From a virus (Duplodnaviria > Caudoviricetes), in IMG/VR virus record IMGVR_UViG_2684623153_000002, positions 15,828 through 79,827 of that record: a stretch of 64,000 nucleotides of DNA, one strand, 5' to 3'. Below are positions 63,319 through 64,000 of the stretch, piece after piece; the stretch's first letter is position 1; each line of letters starts with the position of its first letter. The notes beneath the pieces were generated by a model. The model was not told the DNA's origin. It did no database searches and was given only the letters and a program-made list of their open reading frames with translations. The position numbers were made by a program, and so were the translations under genes.

Positions 63319-63423
63319 TTATGATCTCCCGTCATCCTTTTCCCACTGACGAATGTCTTGTTCGTTTTTACTCGCTTTTAGCAAGCATTTGAGGATTCCC
63401 ATGATTTTCTTCCATCGTTTCAT
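63319..63423 (-). CDS. 34-aa hypothetical protein (not in ORF track)
   Basis: MKRWKKIMGILKCLL...DIRQWEKDDGRS; GGAGG upstream. Confidence 0.5.
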   Translation of the reverse strand: MKRWKKIMGILKCLLKASKNEQDIRQWEKDDGRS

Positions 63424-63610
63424 GTCGTCTTGATTCCTCCTTTTTTGCTTCAGCGAGCTTTTCCGCCAAGAGGGTCATGTATGTTTGCTTGTCTTCTGAT
63501 GTGGAAAAAACAAACACCGGTTTCTGGTGATGAAAGGTCATCCAGCCACCGGCTTGGACTAAACAAAGCTGCGCTTCCTTTCTGGCATCAAACGTCATCT
63601 GATGTTTCAT
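63368..63610 (-). CDS. YkzK-like hypothetical protein
   Basis: LVQAGGWM..KPVFVF resembles 32842..33039. Confidence 0.6.
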   Translation of the reverse strand: MKHQMTFDARKEAQLCLVQAGGWMTFHHQKPVFVFSTSEDKQTYMTLLAEKLAEAKKEESRRHETMEENHGNPQMLAKSE

Positions 63611-63740
63611 CTGCTTCAAATCCCTCCAGACTCTCCTCAATCTCTGCTTGATACCCATAACGTGTCATTTCATATGACCAGAAGCTTTTTGGATATCCAA
63701 AGTCATTTATCTGCGCTACCATTGGATGTTCAATATTCAT
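63588..63740 (-). CDS. YqaI-like 50-aa protein (not in ORF track)
   Basis: MNIEHPMVAQINDFGYP matches N-terminus of 32627..32845. Confidence 0.7.
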   Translation of the reverse strand: MNIEHPMVAQINDFGYPKSFWSYEMTRYGYQAEIEESLEGFEADETSDDV

Positions 63741-64000
63741 TTTGTTCGTCTCCCCTTTTCAAATAAATGCTCTTCCTTTAAAGAATTACTCATTTTGTGT
63801 AACTTTTGATCAAAAAAAAGCTCTTGAACACCCCTATTTAGCAAATCCGCAATATGCTTTGCTATTTCTAAGCTGGGCTTCGTTCTGCCCATTTCTATAT
63901 TTGCATAGCCGCTCGTGTACTTATACCCTAACTTTTTCGCCATATAGGTTTGTGTTTTCCCTTGTAAAATGCGTTCTTCTCGTAAATTTTCAAGTTTCAT
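63737..64000 (-). CDS. Cro-like HTH protein
   Basis: TQTYMAKKLGY..GYANIEMGRTKPSLE. Confidence 0.85.
   Translation of the reverse strand: MKLENLREERILQGKTQTYMAKKLGYKYTSGYANIEMGRTKPSLEIAKHIADLLNRGVQELFFDQKLHKMSNSLKEEHLFEKGRRTK

Larger units (their letters stand above)
38089..64000 (-). mobile_element. PBSX-like defective prophage / tailocin (right end outside window)
   Basis: xtrA-xpf-xtmAB-xkdE..X-xhlAB-xly order as in B. subtilis PBSX. Confidence 0.93.

Overview
Bacillus chromosome window (probably B. pumilus group; inferred, not proven) made almost entirely of two related, same-orientation prophages of the PBSX/skin family, separated by a lone tRNA-Ala(GGC) at 37659-37731. Element 1 (<1-~37600) looks like an intact temperate phage. 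It has a tyrosine integrase, an ImmA/ImmR/Cro switch with six operators, RecT/AAA recombination genes, an initiator with iterons, DnaB, the ArpU late regulator, a ParB-MTase, terminase, head and contractile-tail genes, and a tape measure gene running off the left edge. It also carries two morons: a collagen-like operon and an AT-rich orphan gene. Element 2 (~38089->64000) is a PBSX-like defective phage/tailocin (xpf, xtmAB, xkdE-X, xhlAB, endolysin) with no xkdB/xkdC replication genes in its visible early operon and two tandem tail-fibre genes. Both elements carry a BsrE/BsrH-type type I toxin-antitoxin locus between the tail tube and chaperone genes, and a -1 frameshift site in the chaperone. 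The most novel-looking signals are non-coding. They are a terminator/antiterminator element conserved between the two phages, a kink-turn three-way-junction RNA in the late leader of phage 1, and four counter-oriented promoter-plus-terminator mini-RNA modules that overlap ribosome-binding sites. All RNA structures were folded by eye and are untested.
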